Source: Convolutriloba macropyga (taxonomy: Eukaryota). Taken from it: a stretch of DNA of 64,000 bases. Position numbers and translations under genes: made by a program. The notes under the pieces were generated by a model, which did no database searches, was not told the origin of the DNA, and was given only the letters and a program-made list of their open reading frames with translations. Of this stretch, positions 59,558-64,000 are shown piece after piece. The stretch's first letter is position 1. Each line of letters opens with the position of its first letter. The stretch lies in the NCBI RefSeq assembly GCF_964194025.1, contig NC_134472.1, positions 62,496,001-62,560,000 of the forward strand, in the 5' to 3' direction.

Positions 59558-62044
59558 TGCTGTATCCACACAGTCAGTACTGAATCAGTGCTGCCCAGTT
59601 CTGTATCTTGAGCGTTAATTTAATTTCGGTAGCGAATAAAAGACTGAGCAGTGATAAATACTGCAGACTGTCAGCACTGAGATCTATAACAACCAGTCAG
59701 TGCTTAATAATAGACTGATCCGTAATGGACTAACATTACTGTGTATCAATGTCAGTACTGAATAATAGACTGATCAGTAATGGATAAGAGGAAATAGGGA
59801 GTTGAAGTGCCGATGATGACCAGAGATGGCTAATGCATCAGTCAAGTTATCCATGTCACGGGTAACTTAATAAGAGAAATTTATATTAACAGCTTTCAAA
59901 TGGTTAAATTCAGCACTGATTTCTTTGAAACGACGCGACGTAAAAATTACAAGAAGAAAAATTTGGAATAAATTTTATTTGTGGTCCTCAATTGTTCTCT
60001 GTCGTTGTTTACTTCTGAATTTAATTATTTGTTTGTTGTTTGATCGTTTGATTATCCGATTTAATATAGATCAAAGGAAAATATAACAAATTATTCCAGG
60101 AAAAATGCTTTTAAAGAAAGAGAATATCGTCAACTGAAGTTCCATTTTTAGTTGTTTCGGAATTCTGCAGTTTCTCGTTTTTGTTTCCTGTTTATTTAAC
60201 CTTTATTTGGGTTAACATCAGTCAATTACATCAAATTAGAGACAACGTTTTCTTGTAATGGTGCTAATGAGACCAACTGTCACATAATGATAAGCTGTTT
60301 TTGTAGTTGTACTGGAATTCGTTTGCTTGTTGTTTGTTTGTTGTTTGTTTGTTGTTCGATTGATGATCGTTTTTAAAAAGTCAACACAAATCCATTCTTT
60401 CAGGTTGATTTTGGTTTCTTCAGGTAGCTGTTCTTCGAATCAGACGTGCGAGGAATTGTGATAACAAAACAGCAATCAAATAACAAATTGGATTGTTTTC
60501 AGCAGAGTAAAAGCGGCATTCCTGATTTTTCTACTTCTGTCAACGAACCCAAGTGTCAAAAACTGCTTCGTCACCCTGTGAAATGAAACGTGATACATCT
60601 TAAAATGTCAAGTAATATACGCAAATATGAACTATCTCAGTTTTGTTGAGAACAAAATAGAATATATTTTAAAGTGTAAGAACCGGAGTTTCAGTAAAAA
60701 TTGTTTTTCGGAAAATGTTTGAATTACAAGGATCAACAACAGCTAATTAACATTATATATCAGATAGTGTGAATAGTCTATCAATAAGTTTTTCAGTCTG
60801 GTGTCTGGTTACAGTCCAACAGAGTCCGTTTCATTGTAGACGGATATGATTGGCAGTGACCATGTCACCGCTAAATGTGATGACCCGGTATCACACTGTC
60901 CGTGGTCGGCGGGTCACATTTGGCTCCAGGGTATTGCTGAAACCTGCATTTTATTGGTACGTCATTTCCCGACTGACTTTTGTAAATTGGTTTGCTTCTT
61001 ATACTTGATGGGTTTCAGGTTCTCGGGTCCCTGGGAGTGGGTGGATTGGCGACTATAGTTCTCTTCCTGTTGGATACTCTTCGTAAAGCTCAAATTAGAG
61101 GCTCGTAAGCTCCTTCCCCTCTGCGCTTTTGGTGTTTTAGAGGTTTTTTAAATATGATTGAGGAACTGGTTGACGATCTGGATCAATGTTGCATAACCAA
61201 CAGTTTTATCCACCATTCTTAAGTACCCTTATTAGCCTTCCTTGGTTGGTCTGATCCGCGTACCGTGTTGTGTCCGTAAAATGGCTAATAAATGGTTTGT
61301 CGGTTAGACTTGCAAGTTTTTGTTGTTGCTTAGGTTGTCATTATTTTGGTCTTCTGAATTTAAATTTACGAATTCTACTTTCGATGCATTCACTTTGTTT
61401 TTGTTACCAGTTTTTTTGGGACTGCCTATTCCATGTTTGGTTCAGCTTGCATCGGTTACTGTAGGGTTTCGCCGCTATTTGTATTTCGTTGCCTCACATT
61501 ATTTGAGTAGCTGCTGATTGTTTGGGGTCAGTGTTGAAAAATTAGATGACACCAAATTGGTTGGGGTGACCAATTGTGGGTCTTCTTGTTGTAATTCCTT
61601 CACATCCATGTTGTTTTGCTCCCTGATTTTTGCTAGGGGACACTATTCTACCCTTCCTAGTGAATCTAAGAGAGTTATTCCGATTTCCGACTTTGAAAGT
61701 TTTGTAGTTGAAAGTATTGTAAATAAAAATTTCTGGGCTGAATTGTTAACGTATACTTTGCGTTTCATTTTTTTTGGACCAAGGAAAACTGAGAGACCAT
61801 TTTTGAAGCTGGTAAAATGTCCTTTTTCAACTTTGTAAGACACGCGGTACCTGAAATCGAGCTGCGTTAGGTCCTTTAATTAGAACAGAGTGAAAAGTTG
61901 ACATTTTTGTTTATGTGTTCACTTATATGCGGTCCATTTTTAGTTGTGTGGTACGTTTGTCCGTTGGTAATATAAACGTATTGGCTACATTTGAATTTTA
62001 TTATTTTTTAAAAAAGAAGTACATTGTTTTTTTTAAAAGTTTAT

Positions 62045-64000
62045 TGTCATGAAGTATATCTCTAATCGAATGTTAATTCAAACTTTGATACAAAATTTGG
62101 TGGTGTTATCCTCCTGCCAATGGTTTTATTGATCTGTTTGGCACCATTCCTGTTGTACCAGGAGGCACGTGCTAAAACTGTGACTTTGAACACCAAGTCA
62201 TAATGTTGATTACATAGATGTAATTCAATGGTTTGGAAATGGATGACTTTTTCACGGTAGCAAAAGAAGATCTGTGAAGCAAATCTCACGAAAGTTTTAA
62301 CTGTTGACAAAGGGTAGCCAGGCATATCGTGCCAAAGTAACTATAACTCAAGGTTCTTTTGTGAAACACCACCAACACTGGCGTCAGCGAAGCAAGCTGA
62401 TTAGTTTGCTTCTCTGACGTCCAGCCACAGCATCGCCAACACTACACATTCAAAATTAACTGAAGGCGGAACACCGCACAGTTTTTTCCTGGTGACTCCC
62501 CCTAACCAAGCTCGAACGCGCAACCTCAAGGCCAAGGCAAGGGCGAAGGCAAAGACAAAGACCACGAATCATCCCAAAGACCAAGACCCATCCCCCCACC
62601 GGACAATAAAGGCCCCCCAGCACAGTCAACATTTCAACAACACAAAACACAAAGCAGAATACAAACCTCCTGACAGCAATGCCGAACAGAACCATGCAAC
62701 CACCCGTTTTAAAAGCAAAAATCAGGGTGATGGGGGAGAAAATTGCGAAGAACCTGCAAACCATGAGCGAATTGATTGACAGTGGGAACATAAACGCAGC
62801 AAAGAATAATCATGAAAAGGCAGCGGAAACATTTTCGGAGTTCGAGGAAACCAGTTACAAGTTGATTTCACAGCTTGACGAAGGTCAACACGAGGAGTAC
62901 ATCGGAAAAATCACTGACACGTGGAACAACATCGACGACATGAAAATTAACATTCAGAATCACCTTTCGCAAGAAAACACCACCACAAACTTCAACACAC
63001 AAGACAACAACGAGACAACAGTAACAGCCAACTCGACAGCGGATAACTCAGCAACCAACAACAACATCAACACTAGAGCAATTGGACAACAGCAAAAATC
63101 CGTTAACAGAAGCTTACACAACGAACAACCAGAAACTAGCAATTCCGCTCAACGTGACAACCTCAACAGCTTTTGGTATGATAGAATAGCTTACTCAAGC
63201 AGCCTAAACGACCAGCAGAACAGAGTTACTGGAATGGGGGACACACAAACATTCAATTAGCCAACAGAACAACCATAACAATTGTCAACAACGTTATCAC
63301 AACCAGTTCCATTCTATATGCCTTATGTGGAAGCTCTTCCAAAGATGGATCTTCAGAAGTTCAACGATGATCCGAGCAAAGGGGCAGATTGGTACAGCCG
63401 TTTCAGTTTCATGATTGGAGACACTCAGCTCAGTGATGGACAGAAGATCGCCTATCTACAGGGTTTTGTAATTGGAAAAGTCAAAACAGCAATTGAAGGA
63501 TTTGCCTGCAACGGTCACCTGTTCAAAGATGCAATAAACGTGTTGAAACAGCGGTTTGGGAACCCAAACGTCATCATCAGCAACTTGTTGGAGAAACTCA
63601 TCAACTACAGGCCACCAATGAGATCTCATCCTTGGACAATTGTAAATTTTTCCACATTCATTAACACCATGACAAGGACACTACAAGAACTCAACTTCGA
63701 AGCCGATCTCAACAGCACGACAATCTTGAAGCATTCAACCGACATACTACCTTACAGCGAAGAAATCAAATGGAATCAGTTTGTTTTACGACAAAGAATT
63801 CAGCAGCCGACACTTGCAGACTTCAACCAATGGATTAAAGAAATAGCAGAAGCACATGAACGCTCAACACATCAAGGACGAAGCAATAATAGTCTCAGCA
63901 CAAACAGTGATACACATCAACGAAATTTAACTTAAATGGAAACCGACAATTTTATCAACAACCAGCTCATCCAAACAGGGAACAACAGCAGCAACAACAA
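62045..64000 (+). mobile_element. 5' part of a second, distinct BEL/Pao LTR retrotransposon (runs off the window)
   Basis: ...AACA (62377) followed by PBS-like TGGCGTCAGCGAAGC (62379), then BEL gag. LTR start uncertain (TG at 62045 or TGTT at 62071). Confidence 0.8.
62679..63935 (+). pseudogene. BEL/Pao gag with in-frame stops at 63258 and 63933
   Basis: Two in-frame ORFs; LPKMDLQKFNDDPSKGADWYSRF...LSDGQKIAYLQGFVIGKVKTAIEGF...LKQRFGNP aligns by eye to the gag core in 35454..36464. Confidence 0.85.

Noticed and set aside
1-64000. Species assignment and KCNQ subtype number
   Set aside because: The repeat style is reminiscent of an acoel or similar marine invertebrate, and the protein mixes KCNQ1-like and KCNQ2-5-like residues. 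Neither can be settled without a database search and phylogeny.

Overview
AT-rich animal (invertebrate-like) genomic DNA, with no prokaryotic features. Almost the whole window is one minus-strand, 14-exon KCNQ (Kv7) voltage-gated K+ channel gene. I reconstructed it by hand from ATG 59557 to TAA 744: 2538 nt, 845 aa, all introns GT-AG with consistent phases. A 200-N scaffold gap lies in intron 1. The channel has very long extracellular S1-S2 and turret insertions and atypical splice signals. The introns hold a full-length BEL/Pao LTR retrotransposon (30968-41048, TSD CGAGC), a near-full-length LINE (~13775-18976), a heavily decayed Ty3/Gypsy element (~51400-55900), a CR1/L2-like fragment, a tRNA-derived SINE-like head, TA-flanked MITEs and a perfect 229-bp-arm palindrome. 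A second BEL/Pao element begins at ~62050 and runs off the window. The most intriguing unexplained structures are four: a regularly spaced array of four conserved ~39-nt hairpin repeats with diverged spacers in the BEL/Pao leader, an HDV-like ribozyme candidate at the LINE 5' end, twin conserved stem-loops in the LINE 3' UTR, and the intronic palindrome between the S4 and S5 exons. All calls come from reading the sequence by eye; no searches or folding programs were run.
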